The notes below the pieces were generated by a model. It saw nothing but the letters and a program-made list of their open reading frames with translations, did not search any database and was not told where the DNA came from. From Negaprion brevirostris (lineage: Eukaryota), in contig JARDVH010000193.1 of assembly GCA_030324005.1 (NCBI GenBank), forward strand, positions 35,137,001 to 35,201,000: DNA of 64,000 nucleotides. Reading direction: 5' to 3'. The position numbers and the translations under genes were made by a program. Below, one piece after another: positions 40,206 through 51,904 of the stretch (the first letter of the stretch is position 1; each line of letters opens with the position of its first letter).

Positions 40206-40943
40206 AAAGACACAGGGGGGACTATGTCATGTGAAAGGATGCACATTAAAAACACAGGAAGGACCGTCTGTCATGTGAAAGTTGGCATATTTAAGACACA
40301 GGAGGGACAGGCTGTTGTGTGAAAGGGTGCACGTTAAAGACTCAATGCATGTTCGAGTCAGCAATGGACAGTCTGTCATGTGAAAGGGCAGTAAGAAGTC
40401 TCACAACACCAGGTTAAACTCCAATAGGTTTATTAAACAGGGCACACAAAGACACAAACTCAATGTACAAGATAATGGTTGGAATGTGAGTCTTCACAGG
40501 TAATCAAGTATTAAAGGTACAGAAAATGTGAGTGGAGAGAGGGTTAAGTGCCCTGTTTGTGAACACAACTCTCACTCACNNNNNNNNNNNNNNNNNNNNN
40601 NNNNNNNNNNNNNNNNNNNNNNNNNNNNNNNNNNNNGGACTTTAACCTGGTGTATGGAGGCTTCTTACTGTGTTTACCCCAGTCCAATGCTGGCATCTCT
40701 GCATCATGTGAAAGAGTGCCATGTTAAAGACACAGGTAGGGACAGTCAATCATGTGAAGGATGCATGTTCGAGTCAGCAATGGACAGTCTGTCATGTGAA
40801 AGGGTGCATGTTAAAAACACAGAAATGGACAGATTGTCACGTGAAAGGGTGCATGTTAAAGTCACAGGAATGGGAATCTGTCGTATGAAAGGATGCATGT
40901 TAAAGACATGGACAGGCTATCATGTTAATAGATGCATGATAAA
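40206..40943 (+). repeat. Minisatellite, unit about 44-45 bp (GAAAGGGTGCATGTTAAAGACACAGGAATGGACAGTCTGTCATGT), about 9 units, interrupted
   Basis: GTCATGTGAAAG recurs at 44-45 bp spacing (40226, 40270; 40791, 40836); an identical 44-mer occurs at 40345-40388 and 40761-40804. Confidence 0.9.
40389..40706. mobile_element. Penelope-like element fragment with inverted ends, inserted in the minisatellite
   Basis: CAGTAAGAAGTCTCACAACACCAGGTTAAA at 40389 and its inverse at about 40640-40670; same family at 61374-61552. Confidence 0.75.
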
Positions 40944-40959
40944 GTTCCAGCTGAAAGAG

Positions 40960-41680
40960 GCCGCTAGCAGCAACAAGCTCCACTGTTGGAGGGGAAATTG
41001 CCGCTAAGCACTGCACCCCCTCCTGCAGGTACAGAGCTGCACCTTCAGCCATTCTTCAGCGCAACAGCACCGCCCACACACAGCAAGAAGAAAATATCTA
41101 ACAAAACAGGTTTACCCGATACGTGAATAATGCATCAAGGCGAGTGAGGGGGTGGTCAGAGAAAGCATTCTTCTGTGAAAGGTTTAAAACCCTGCAAGAG
41201 GTGTACGAGCTGAGTCCTGTAGCCTGGGGGTAGGTAGCTGCTTTGTCCAGCCGCACACTCTAATAGCGTATTCACACACACTCCAAACTTACTGCAGCGC
41301 AAGAATCATTTCCGCATTTCAAAGCCCAGCTGAAAATGCACCTTTCCTGTTGGGTAACGCACAGGCTATTGTGAANNNNNNNNNNNNNNNNNNNNNNNNN
41401 NNNNNNAGTGTTAAAATAAAGCTACTTTAGTCCCAGCGCTCAGACTGCAGGTTACCCAGTGGGAGTCTGAAAGCAAGTCCCTACGCTGGGAAATATCCCT
41501 GTTGAATTTCATGAATGGGGTTGGAAACTCTCGCTTGAATCTGATCACTGCGAGCGGCAAACAGTATTAAACAAGCCCGGACTTCTGAAAGGCTGGTAAG
41601 TTTAAATCACTTTGATGTCAAGAGCTCTGTATCTCTAGTCTTTAGGTTTTGGTTGCAGTGGATGTGAAGGCGGGGAGGTA
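40960..41680 (+). promoter_or_regulatory. Candidate promoter and non-coding first exon ending at 41595
   Basis: Locally CpG-enriched unique sequence, consensus donor CTG|GTAAGT at 41596, GC-box-like GGCGGGGAGG at 41669, no ORF. Confidence 0.45.
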
Positions 41681-42099
41681 TCACACCCACTGTTCAACTG
41701 ACCCATATGAAAACAACATGAATAGTATTTAATGGATACAACCGGCAGGTCAGATATAAGAACAGCGAGTATTGTGTTTTAAGACTCCTCTACAGAGAAG
41801 AACACGCAATAAAGTAAAATATAAGATGATTTGATTTCATGTCGAGTTGGAAGCACTCCTACACAAATAGGAAGCGAAGTAAGTTTTGGAACAGTTTTAG
41901 ATGCTAACCAGATTGCCTTTTAAGAATGACTATAAAGGCATCAATTATATCGGAACGATTGAACATAAAAATTGCTACTTTGCCAAGAAAACGGTTGTAG
42001 TAACCTTGGTAATGGTACTTTTATAAACCTCTGTAGGAGTCCATTCGCACATGAAGAAAGTTTTTTTGAATATAAATTAGTCATTTTGCAGTCTTATTG

Positions 42100-42478
42100 T
42101 GCCAGCCGTGACTCAAGAAGCCACTCTCCCCTTTGAACAGAAATACCAATCTAGTCATTTGAGCACATCATTCAGACGGACACTCCCAAGTGCCATGAGG
42201 GAGGTGCTCCAGTTTGGATAAGACATCATCACAGGATCCTATGGTAAAGAACAATGGTGTCTCCTCCCTCCTGACCAACATTTATCATTCTACCATTATC
42301 ACTAAAAGCAGATTTTTTGATCATTTCTATTGACTAGACCTTGCTGTCCAGAATTTCATTGCCTTGATTCCCTACATTAGAGTGTGGATACACTTCAGCA
42401 GTCTTTCATTCGTTGGAAACCACTTTTTAATGCCCTCAGCTTGTGAAAGATGTCACAAAATGCCAGTTCATTTCTTGT
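42100..42478 (+). mobile_element. DeuSINE (SacSINE1/AmnSINE1-like), decayed
   Basis: TCCTGACCAACATTTATC...ATCACTAAAAGCAGATT...CCTTGCTGT...CCTACATT...ACACTTCA...TTCATT...TTGTGAAAG follows the Deu-domain and tail order as I recall it. Confidence 0.65.
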
Positions 42479-42679
42479 GGACAAAGACACTGAGACTGAT
42501 GTTTGTCTAATATTAGATTTATGAGGGCACCATTTGAAATTAAGTGTTTGCTTCACCTTAATATGTTGTATGTTATGTGTTTGCATTATAGGCAGAAACA
42601 CGTACCATGCAAATACTAGACACAACAGTTAAAAAATATTTTAATGTAGGAATAACTGATGGACATAAGTAAGGCAAAT

Positions 42680-43330
42680 TTGTATGCATTCCGCTGACGG
42701 AAGGCTGCTGTCGGCCCAAAAAGACATTCTGCCTACCACATGAAGCTACGTCACGTATAAATTTCAATGTCAGTGCCACGCCAGAGATGCAGGCCATAAC
42801 TCCCAGTGATTGGCTGATTGAATAAAACAGCATGTTCCTTTGATTCTTTGTAATAGGCCGAGTACAGGCCATACTCAACCAGCCCATATTTACAAAATCC
42901 CAAAACAAAACATCTGCTGTTGAATGTTGTTCTTGTGATTGGGAACTACTTGTTGAACAATTCTGAGTGTACTAATAGCTACACTAACAGCCAATTTAAA
43001 CTAATCAGTCAAGCTCATAATGTGGCTCATTTACACTCACCAGAAGCAACAGACATCCCATACACAGGGATCCATTCTCTTCAAACAAAAGGAATTTGTC
43101 TTTTTTGAATTACCCATGAGTTTGGAGAGTCTATAGTTTTTTTTCTGTTGCTTACTCCAAGGCAAAGGCTTGACCAATCAGAGTCAGTTTTTCCCCAGGT
43201 GTAAATTGTTGTGATTGTTTGAAATTTGGCATTCTTGTGTTTGTCCTGATGAGTGCAAAATGACAAGCTTCAACAACATGTCACTGTTTTCAGCAATATT
43301 CATGTTATATATTGCTAAATGACTGTTAAA
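42680..43330 (+). mobile_element. Penelope-like element 3' end (GIY-YIG endonuclease remnant plus terminal repeat with hammerhead motif)
   Basis: YKFQCQC...LAD*IKQHVP and IGNYLLNNSECTNSYTNSQFKLISQAHNVAHL; collinear with 54250-55050. Confidence 0.85.
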
Positions 43331-43667
43331 TCAATTCCTACATCGTCTAGCAAAATGTTGGTTAAACTTGGTTGTGTATGGATCTTGCAAGGTGAAACGT
43401 ATAGGAGTAATTTTTTCTGGTCCTGCCTGCTGTGGGAATTGTCATGGNNNNNNNNNNAGATGGAAAGTTTGGCAAATCATTTAAAGGTTTTTTGATCTTG
43501 GGTGGGAATTTCTGGTCTCAGGATGGGCACAATTGAAAAATCCCGCCTGTAGTTTGTTTCTTGATACACATGGGAGCTGATGTGATTTAAAACTGTTAAG
43601 CAAATAATCTTTAAAGACAAGTTAAACAAAGGCTCCTCTCTCATGGTTTGCATTGGACCAGAAAAAA

Positions 43668-43741
43668 TAATAGGAACCCTACAGTGCAGGAAGAGGCCAT
43701 TTGGCCCATCGATTCTGCACCAACAACAATCCCACCCATTA
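43668..43741 (-). mobile_element. HE1-type SINE tail running into an assembly gap
   Basis: CCCTACAGTGCAGGAAGAGGCCATTTGGCCCATCGA...ACAATCCCACCC. Confidence 0.75.
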
Positions 43742-44324
43742 NNNNNNNNNNNNNNNNNNNNNNNNNNNNNNNNNNNNNNNNNNNNNNNNNNNNNNNNNNN
43801 NNNNNNNNNNNNNNNNNNNNNNNNNNNNNNNNNNNNNNNNNNNNNNNNNNNNNNNNNNNNNNNNNNNNNNNNNNNNNNNNNNNNNNNNNNNNNNNNNNNN
43901 NNNNNNNNNNNNNNNNNNNNNNNNNNNNNNNNNNNNNNNNNNNNNNNNNNNNNNNNNNNNNNNNNNNNNNNNNNNNNNNNNNNNNNNNNNNNNNNNNNNN
44001 NNNNNNNNNNNNNNNNNNNNNNNNNNNNNNNNNNNNNNNNNNNNNNNNNNNNNNNNNNNNNNNNNNNNNNNNNNNNNNNNNNNNNNNNNNNNNNNNNNNN
44101 NNNNNNNNNNNNNNNNNNNNNNNNNNNNNNNNNNNNNNNNNNNNNNNNTACATGCTGGTAGGAAGGATGAAGAGGAGCAAGTTAAAAATGAAAAATAGGA
44201 TTTTGCAATCCAGCCCAGGACTGGAAAATCCCACCCGAGGTCAACAGATCTTTTGCCTTGTGTGTTGAATTCTCTATCCTGCCCCCACAATTCCCTCAGC
44301 GAGCGGGACTGGAAGATTTAGGCT

Positions 44325-45125
44325 AATGGGCACAATTCTTAAATGTACACAGATGCAAAGAGACCTGGGGTACATGTGCACATAATCTTGAAAATGGAAG
44401 GGCAAATTGAGAAAGCAGTCATTATAGGATTCTAGGCTTTATAGAGACAAGAGTCCAACAGCAAGCAAATTATTATGAACCTTTAACCTCTGCTTTGACC
44501 TTGACTATGTCCCACTCTGGGCACTGTACTTTAGGAAGGATGCGAAGCTATTAGAGAGGGTGTGAAACATATTTGTGAGAATGCTTTGAGGGTTGAGAGA
44601 CTTTAGTTATGTGAATAGATTGGAAGCTTAAAGAAGAGAAGATTGGAGATTTGGTGTAGGTGTGCAAAATTGTGAGAAGCTGGGAAGATTCCAAGGATGT
44701 GCAGGTTAGGTGGATTGGTCATGCTAAATTGCCCCATAGTGTCAGGGGGATTAGCAGGGTAAATGGATGGGGTTGTGGGGATAGGCCCTGGATAGGATCG
44801 TGGTCGGTGTAGACTTGATGGACCGAATGGCAGCCTCTTGCACTGGAGGGTTCTATTCTATTCTGAATTACTCCCATCGGAGGAAGGGCCGAATCAAAGA
44901 ACCAATGGCGATGTGAGAAGAATTGTTTTTATGCAGTGATTAGTCCAACCCTGAAAGTGTAGTGGAGGCCCGTTTGATTGTGCCCTTTTTCTGAAGAGGA
45001 AGGTTTGCAGTGACAGGAAAAAGCAGGGAATAGGAGGAGTTGAGTCGCTATTGCGGTGAGCTGGCATTAGACAAGACCGACCAAATGGCTTCCTGCTGTG
45101 CTGTAACCATTCTATGATTCTATGT
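44325..45125 (+). mobile_element. Decayed CR1-type LINE 3' part, with a V-SINE 3' half inserted at 44690-44863
   Basis: RDLGVHVH-like and FRKD-like coding remnants; tail TGTAACCATTCTATGATTCTATG at about 45120. Confidence 0.7.
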
Positions 45126-45782
45126 ATCATGACAACTAATGTTGACTTGAGTCATATTTGAGTCTCCTTGGTAACTCTGATAAGCTGTGCTCATTCTATT
45201 TGAATGAAAATAAAAATACCAACAGAAAAGTACTCTTGTAGCCCTGAAGAGCTGAAGACTTTAATGTTCTCTTTTCTGAGAAATCAAAAATGAAATTCAT
45301 GAAGTAAAACCTTTTCACTTCAGTTGACCCTGAAACGGTAACTCACCTGCTTTATGAAGCATTAATTTTTGGAAACAAAATACATGAACAGGAAGAGAAA
45401 GTTGGAAAATATAGTTTTACTTTTTTGTGTGGCTTCTGGGGTCAGAGAGATGATTCTGGTTGTCTCTTGGGAAGGTGTTTATAGCTCTTTTGTTGTACAA
45501 TTCACAGAACTACAGCAGGAGGACATGTTTGACTGCAATTTGATATTGCATCATCTTATGTGAAAAGAAGCACTGAAGAACCATTAGTGAACCAGTAATG
45601 AAGTGTCTTACACTGCTTGTGGAGACCTCAAACCATTTGAAATCAATATTTCTTGTTACTTGATGGGAAGAAGGGAAAATAGAGGATGTTACACAGGATT
45701 ATTTTTATTTGTAACTGCATGTCTACCAGAGAAAAGCTTAGTGACTGGGTTTGCACGCCACTACAATACAAACTTAGAATAA

Positions 45783-45995
45783 TGTAAAATGGTAATGGTA
45801 AAGTTGCCATAATCCCAGAGGGCCACAGGCTACTCCCCCCTTTTGAGGGCAAAGCTGACTGGTGGTGATTTAACCAGAAGGTCACCACACTTCAGGTGCG
45901 GGCAAGGTTGTGAAGGCAGCACCTTTTGAATAACCTCAGCAAGATGGCATCGCTGTGGATCATTAACCAGCTGGCCAGTCAACTGAGCTAAACCA
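45783..45995 (-). mobile_element. tRNA-derived SINE, third family
   Basis: Minus strand starts GGTTTAGCTCAGTTG (A-box) and ends in a short repeat tail (ACTTTACCATTACCATT). Confidence 0.6.
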
Positions 45996-46720
45996 ATAAT
46001 GTATGGTTGTTTTGAATTACTTGGTTATATGATTTTTAAAAAATGTAATTTCTTATTAACATTAAAATGTATCTTGCCCTTGTATGTGTTTGCAAAAATT
46101 GCCTATGATCTGTTAGAGCTTAGTGTTGTATTTGTGAAGAATTTATGAATGAAGAAATGCAGATGTTCCACATCACTCCTATCACAATACAATGATTGCA
46201 CCTCAGTACAGTAGGAGACAATGTTATGCAAAAGTATCTACACATTTGATATTGCAAGCATAGGTTACAGAAATATAACTTGAAGAATGCAAATGATAAA
46301 AGGGATCTACATCTATCAAAGAATAGAAGGCAATGTACAAGACTGTCTAATTAGGGTAAATAGATTGCCATAAACCACAGATAAAAGATTTGAATTTGCA
46401 TCATGTCACTAATTTCATGTTAGTTTTTTGTTGTATCTTCTAATGTTGGCAATTGATGGCACAGTTGATGTTGCAGTGTTGTCCGTGCCCTTGATTTATA
46501 ATGGCATCCACATGAGCATTATTTGATTGTGATTATTGAAATCTGCATTATGACTATCAAGAAATTCTATGCCTTGTATCATATGGTGTAGAACTTTTTA
46601 CATAATCCAAAAGTCTGACAGGCCTTTGAAACAAAGTCAATTAATAGAGAAAAAATACTCTCCTTTTTTGAAACACCAATCATTATTGTATTTTTTGTGA
46701 CTGTGGATTTATTGATTTTA

Positions 46721-47039
46721 ATCATAGAATCCCTACAGTGCAGAAAGAGGCCATATTGCCCATCGAGCCAGCACTGACAACAATTCATCCAGGCTCTATC
46801 CTTGTCGCCCCACATATTTACCCTGCTAATCTCCCTGATGCTAAGGGACAATTTAGCATGGTCGATAAACCTAACCTGCGCATCTTTGGACTGTGGGAGG
46901 AAACTGGAGCACCCAGAGAAAACCCATATAGATATTGGGAGAATGCTCAAACTCCATATAGTCACCCGAGACTGGAATTGAACCCAGATCCTTGGCACTG
47001 TGAGGCTGCAGTGCTAACTCCTGTGCCACCGTGTCGCCC
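46721..47039 (-). mobile_element. HE1-type V-SINE
   Basis: Full antisense copy: ATCATAGAATCCCTACAGTGCAG...TGTGCCACCGTGTCGCCC. Confidence 0.9.
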
Positions 47040-49671
47040 TTTTTCACTTTTCATTTTAATCAAAATCAGAATTTCAGCATTGAAAAACTAGAAGTAGATA
47101 AGTACTGATTTGAAAGAGGACTGAAAATGAGTGAACTGTGATGTTTTTGTGAATCAATGGACCTGATAAACGATAGAAAATCTTATATGAAGTATGTAAG
47201 CCGTTTATTTGAAAAGTATCTTTCCATCGCCTCTGAAGTTATTAAATCTTGCTGAAGTATTGTTAGACATATAGTGAAGGTCGACTGACAACTCTCTAAG
47301 AAGTTGATATTTGTTTGTGTGTCAGTTTTAACAGTGAGTATTGCTTTTCGATTTGACCATGGATGATTATCTTTCCACCTTTACCCAACAAACACATGTA
47401 TATGATTTGAAAGACACACATTGTTATCCAGTGGAGGACCCCAGGCTGAATTTATCCACCCTCCCAAAACCCCCCCAGTATTAGTTGGAACACATGCTGA
47501 AACTGTCTATCAGAGGCCAGAACACTCAGCATAACTCTGAACCTTGGTGTTTGTTTACATTGCAAATTTAATTTGCTGAATAGAAACCTATCAAATTAGA
47601 ATGAGGAAAAGCACTGTCTGTCTTTTCTATTCATTGTTCCCCCTCTCAGCTGTAACAATCGGCAGCCGATTTAAAACACAGATGAATAATTAATTGGCTT
47701 GAAAAAAGAGGTAACTGACATTTTCTCCTTGTCTGTTAGTGCACTTTCTAAATTTTATGAAACACAGCTNNNNNNNNNNNNNNNNNNNNNNNNNNNNNNN
47801 NNNNNNNNNNNNNNNNNNNNNNNNNNNNNNNNNNNNNNNNNNNNNNNNNNNNNNNNNNNNNNNNNNNNNTTATGAAACACAGCTGAGGCAGAAAAAGCTT
47901 CATTGCACACTACTTTGAGGCCACGGGAATTCCCTTCTCATGCTGGCAATTGATGTTACAATGTCAACATTGTAGATTAGATTTGATAGGTAATTAAAGG
48001 AAAAGGGGCTAAAAGGATATGGAAGTAGGGTGGGTAAGTGTGATTACATTTACTGTTTGCATGGACAGTAAATGTTGACAGACGTGGACCGAATTGCATG
48101 ATTTTTTTTTTGTGATCTTGTGTATTTCTGTATAAAAACTATTTTCTCACTCTCAGGCGCACAATTTTGTCTTATAAGGAATACCCAAATAAAAAATTTG
48201 TCTCCATAGTATTTGACCTGTTGTTTTTCAAAATTATTTGAAGAAAAGCTGTGAAGCTGAAGGAATGATATTCCATCAGTCTAACTGACTGGTATTAATG
48301 TATTCTGGGAAATTAGGTATCATTCATACTGTGACATTCAGGTTAGTCACAGCTCTGGTCTAAAGTATTAAGCTATATCAGTATCAACAGGACTATACTC
48401 AAAGCATGCTTGTTTGGCACATTGTTTTCACTGTAGTATTGCATGCAAATATTAATTGTTATTTCTATGATTGTGAATACTTCTAAGGAAAAACTTTGGA
48501 ATAATCACTGTACACCCCCATGGCAACTGGCACACAAGGTCATTGTTTCTCCAGTTTCACTAAGGAAAATTAATGATTGGGAGTTTTATTTCTTAATGCA
48601 TCTGGAGTAATAATATGCAGGCGATGGTGTCTTCAGCACTTAAAGTTTGCTGTTTTTCTCCCACTTCAGGCATGCCTAAGTCATGAGGTTTTTCCCCTGC
48701 AAGCAGACAGATGGCTTTGGAGTAATCCACATGGGTCAAGTGGGACATAGTGTTTCGGTCTGGTCATCACTAAGCTGACTACCAGTAATAACAGGAACTT
48801 GCTATGTGTCAAATCATGAGTATAGACCAACATACTTCTGCTCTGTATCACAGTCCATTGGCGTTCTGACATGCTGCTGTGAAGTACGGTTTCAGATTGC
48901 TAATAAATTCTGTGTTTGGTATGCATGTCTATTATAGGTTAACTTATAGATAACTCAGGGATGACAGAAACCTGGATGGAATTAATAAGTATTTCATTTC
49001 AATTTTTTAAAGAAATATTTTGTTGTCAAATCAGAAATTTGATCATATGAGAATCTCATCTGTAATAAAGCTGTAGGGTGTCTACATTTTAGTAATTGTC
49101 TAACACATAGCTAAGTCTATTTCAAACAGAAGTGCTAACTAAAATTTGATCTAATTGCTTTCAAAAAAAAGAGAAGAAAACAGTCGTATTGTACTGCAAA
49201 ATATGTGCAATTTTTTTTGAGCATTGGAGTCATAAGGTTTGAGTTAAATAATCAAAACTTGTAAAGCAGAATGTTCAAAGGGTATGACATGACAAGTGAA
49301 TAAATTCAAAGAACCTGCTCTTTGTGGCTGCTTCAAGCAAAACACGTCTACTGTGACTGGGCAAAATAAGTTGCATTTAATTGTGGTTCTGACATTTCTA
49401 CATTGTGGGCTGAGACCGCTTAAGCTGAGCTGCATTCACTGCAACCCTTGATGGGAAGTACTTTAACCCTTTAGGTGTTGCAAAATAGTGCACTCGGATT
49501 TCAGTAGTTGTAAGTTTACACAGATGACTTTTTTTATAAAATAATTATTTTCAGCATTTTCTGATCTGAATCATATTCTTGTATGGTCCATGATTAATTC
49601 TAAAATTCAGATTTCACTTTAGACTGAGGAAAAGCTTAAGCATATGCTATGTCAGACTAGCCTTAGAATGT

Positions 49672-50770
49672 AGAACATAAGAACGAGGAACAGAAGTAGG
49701 CAACTCAGCCCCTTGAGCCTACTCCACTATTCAGTACCCACGTGGCTGATCTCGCCTCTGTCGCAACTCCACTTCCCTGCCAGTTCTCCGTAACCCTTCA
49801 ACCCATTGTTAATTATAAAATGTCTTTCTCCTCAAATTAATTCAATATACCAACATCTACAGCATTCTAGAATAGTGAATTCCACAGATTCACGACACTT
49901 GTAAGAGAAGTAATTTCTCCTTGTCTGTTTTTAAATCTGCTACTTGTTATCCTAAAACTATGACCTCTTGTTTTAGATTGCCCCACAAGAGGAAACATCA
50001 TCTCCCTTTTCTTTACCACTTTTTTCCCCCCTCTGCTTCCCCCTTTCCCCCCTTTTCTGATTTTTACCTTTCTCCCCCATACATCTTCATCTATCACAGT
50101 TGACCCTCTGATTTCAGCTTCTCTGCTGTTTGGCTTTTTACACTTTTTCTATTTTTTCTGTGGACTGCCATTAGCAGCCCTTCCCTTGTTTCTGTGGCTA
50201 TGACTCAACTTTCATTCCCCACAGTATATATATCTCTCTCTTTCTATCCGGACTCAATGTCAGTTCTTTTCTCTCCTTACAGATGTTGCCAGACCTGTTG
50301 AGATTTTCCAGCATCTGAATAAACTAGGCTTGTACTCGTTAGAGTTTAGAAGAATGAGGGGATATCTCATTGAGACATATAAGATGATNNNNNNNNNNNN
50401 NNNNNNNNNNNNNNNNNNNNNNNNNNNNNNNNNNNNNNNNNNNNNNNNNNNNNNNNNNNNNNNNNNNNNNNNNNNNNNNNNNNNNNNNTGAATGGCGGGG
50501 CAGGCTCGAAGGGCTAGATGGCCTACTCCTGCTCCTATTTCTTATGTTCTTATGTTTCAGATTCCAGCATCCGCAGTAATTTGCTTTTATTAGGAAACAT
50601 CATCTCTCCCTTTATTCTGTCAATCTCCTTCAGCACCTCTTATTTACCTCAAATAGATCTCCCCTTATTCAGTATCTCTAGAGAGTACTGGCGTAAACTG
50701 GCCAATCTCTCTGCTCATATCTGGAATCAATCTAGTGAACCTCCTCTGAACTGCTTCCAGTGCAATTAGC
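49672..50770. mobile_element. Nested repeats: antisense CR1 3' end containing a Penelope-like piece and a sense CR1 piece
   Basis: MFPLVGQSKTRGHSFRI (minus); Penelope terminal motif at 50240-50315 and 50537-50590; sense CR1 at 50315-50537 with (TTCTTATG)n tail. Confidence 0.75.
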
Positions 50771-51904
50771 GTAACCTGACTTTGTACCATTGCAGTATCA
50801 TATAGCTGCTGATAAGGTGTTTTCAGGTACACAGACATGCTGAGAGTAGTTTTTCCAGAAAACTCAATCAGTCTGCACCTAACAGTCTGTTCTTAGTTAA
50901 TTAAAAACTTGAGTGAGCCTTATTCTGTTAATTCTTGATCTCTTCAACTTTATTATTGTCACTATGGCACAGCGGAGACTGTTGAATGAATGCATCGCGC
51001 TAATTATAAAGCAAAGGTGGCAGACTGTGCTATTGAACTGTATAAATATGGAATGGGTAATGGACTTGATCGTTTACTGAGAAATGAGCCACTGCGTGAC
51101 TCATTGTTCAGTGTTTTACAGGTCAATTCACCTGGCTTACTTTACAGTTATCAACAAGATGTAGTTTTGTGTCTTATTTATAGTGCGTATACGGAGAGGT
51201 CAGGTTTTAATTTAATTAAAGGTAAATATAGTTCACTCATTGTGCAAATTAGCAGGTAACTGGACGGTGTTTGATGTCATTGTTTTGAAGCTGTCTCTTT
51301 GGGTCAAATGGGTCAACAGTCAATGTCTACAGCGACAAGTAGGAATTGGAAGAAAGTCAATTTTATGCCCATCCCAATTTGCACAAACGTAGTAATTGAA
51401 AAGGAATGCTAGAGCAAAACAAGAGAACAAACAGTTCAGATTAGGGAGATGAGGGAGAGATGAACAAAAGTCTAAGTACATAGTGAATACACTTTTCCTG
51501 TGTCAATTTCTCTTTCACCATGATCTAAACTATTTTCTCAGATTTTGCAGTGGTAGTAACATTGAAATAGTTAGCATTACACATCATTATTACTCTGAAA
51601 CTGGCAGCTTTTAAAATTAAACACAGAAATGCAGAAATTGCTGCCAGTGATTCTATGCTTCTCCATAGAGTGTTCCATTCAAGTTTCCCATTTGCAATCA
51701 ATTAGAAATCACAGAACTGATGTGAATTTTCACTGTTATGCTGTTAATCTCTCTGTTTAACATTATTGCTGAACAATCTCATTGGTCCTGAAAAATATAT
51801 TTGTGGAATGACTAATTTCTAAATGTAGATGTAGATCACAGTTTCTCTGAGGAGGCATTGAACAATGGGGAACCAGTGGAGAACCAACAAAGACAAATAA
51901 CAAT

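Noticed and set aside
40206-40943. CRISPR-like regular repeats
   Set aside because: The units are contiguous degenerate tandem copies without unique spacers, in a vertebrate genome with no cas genes.
42744-42820. CRE-like TACGTCACGT and CCAAT (ATTGG) motifs suggesting a promoter
   Set aside because: They lie within the decayed GIY-YIG coding remnant of a Penelope-like element and have no independent support.
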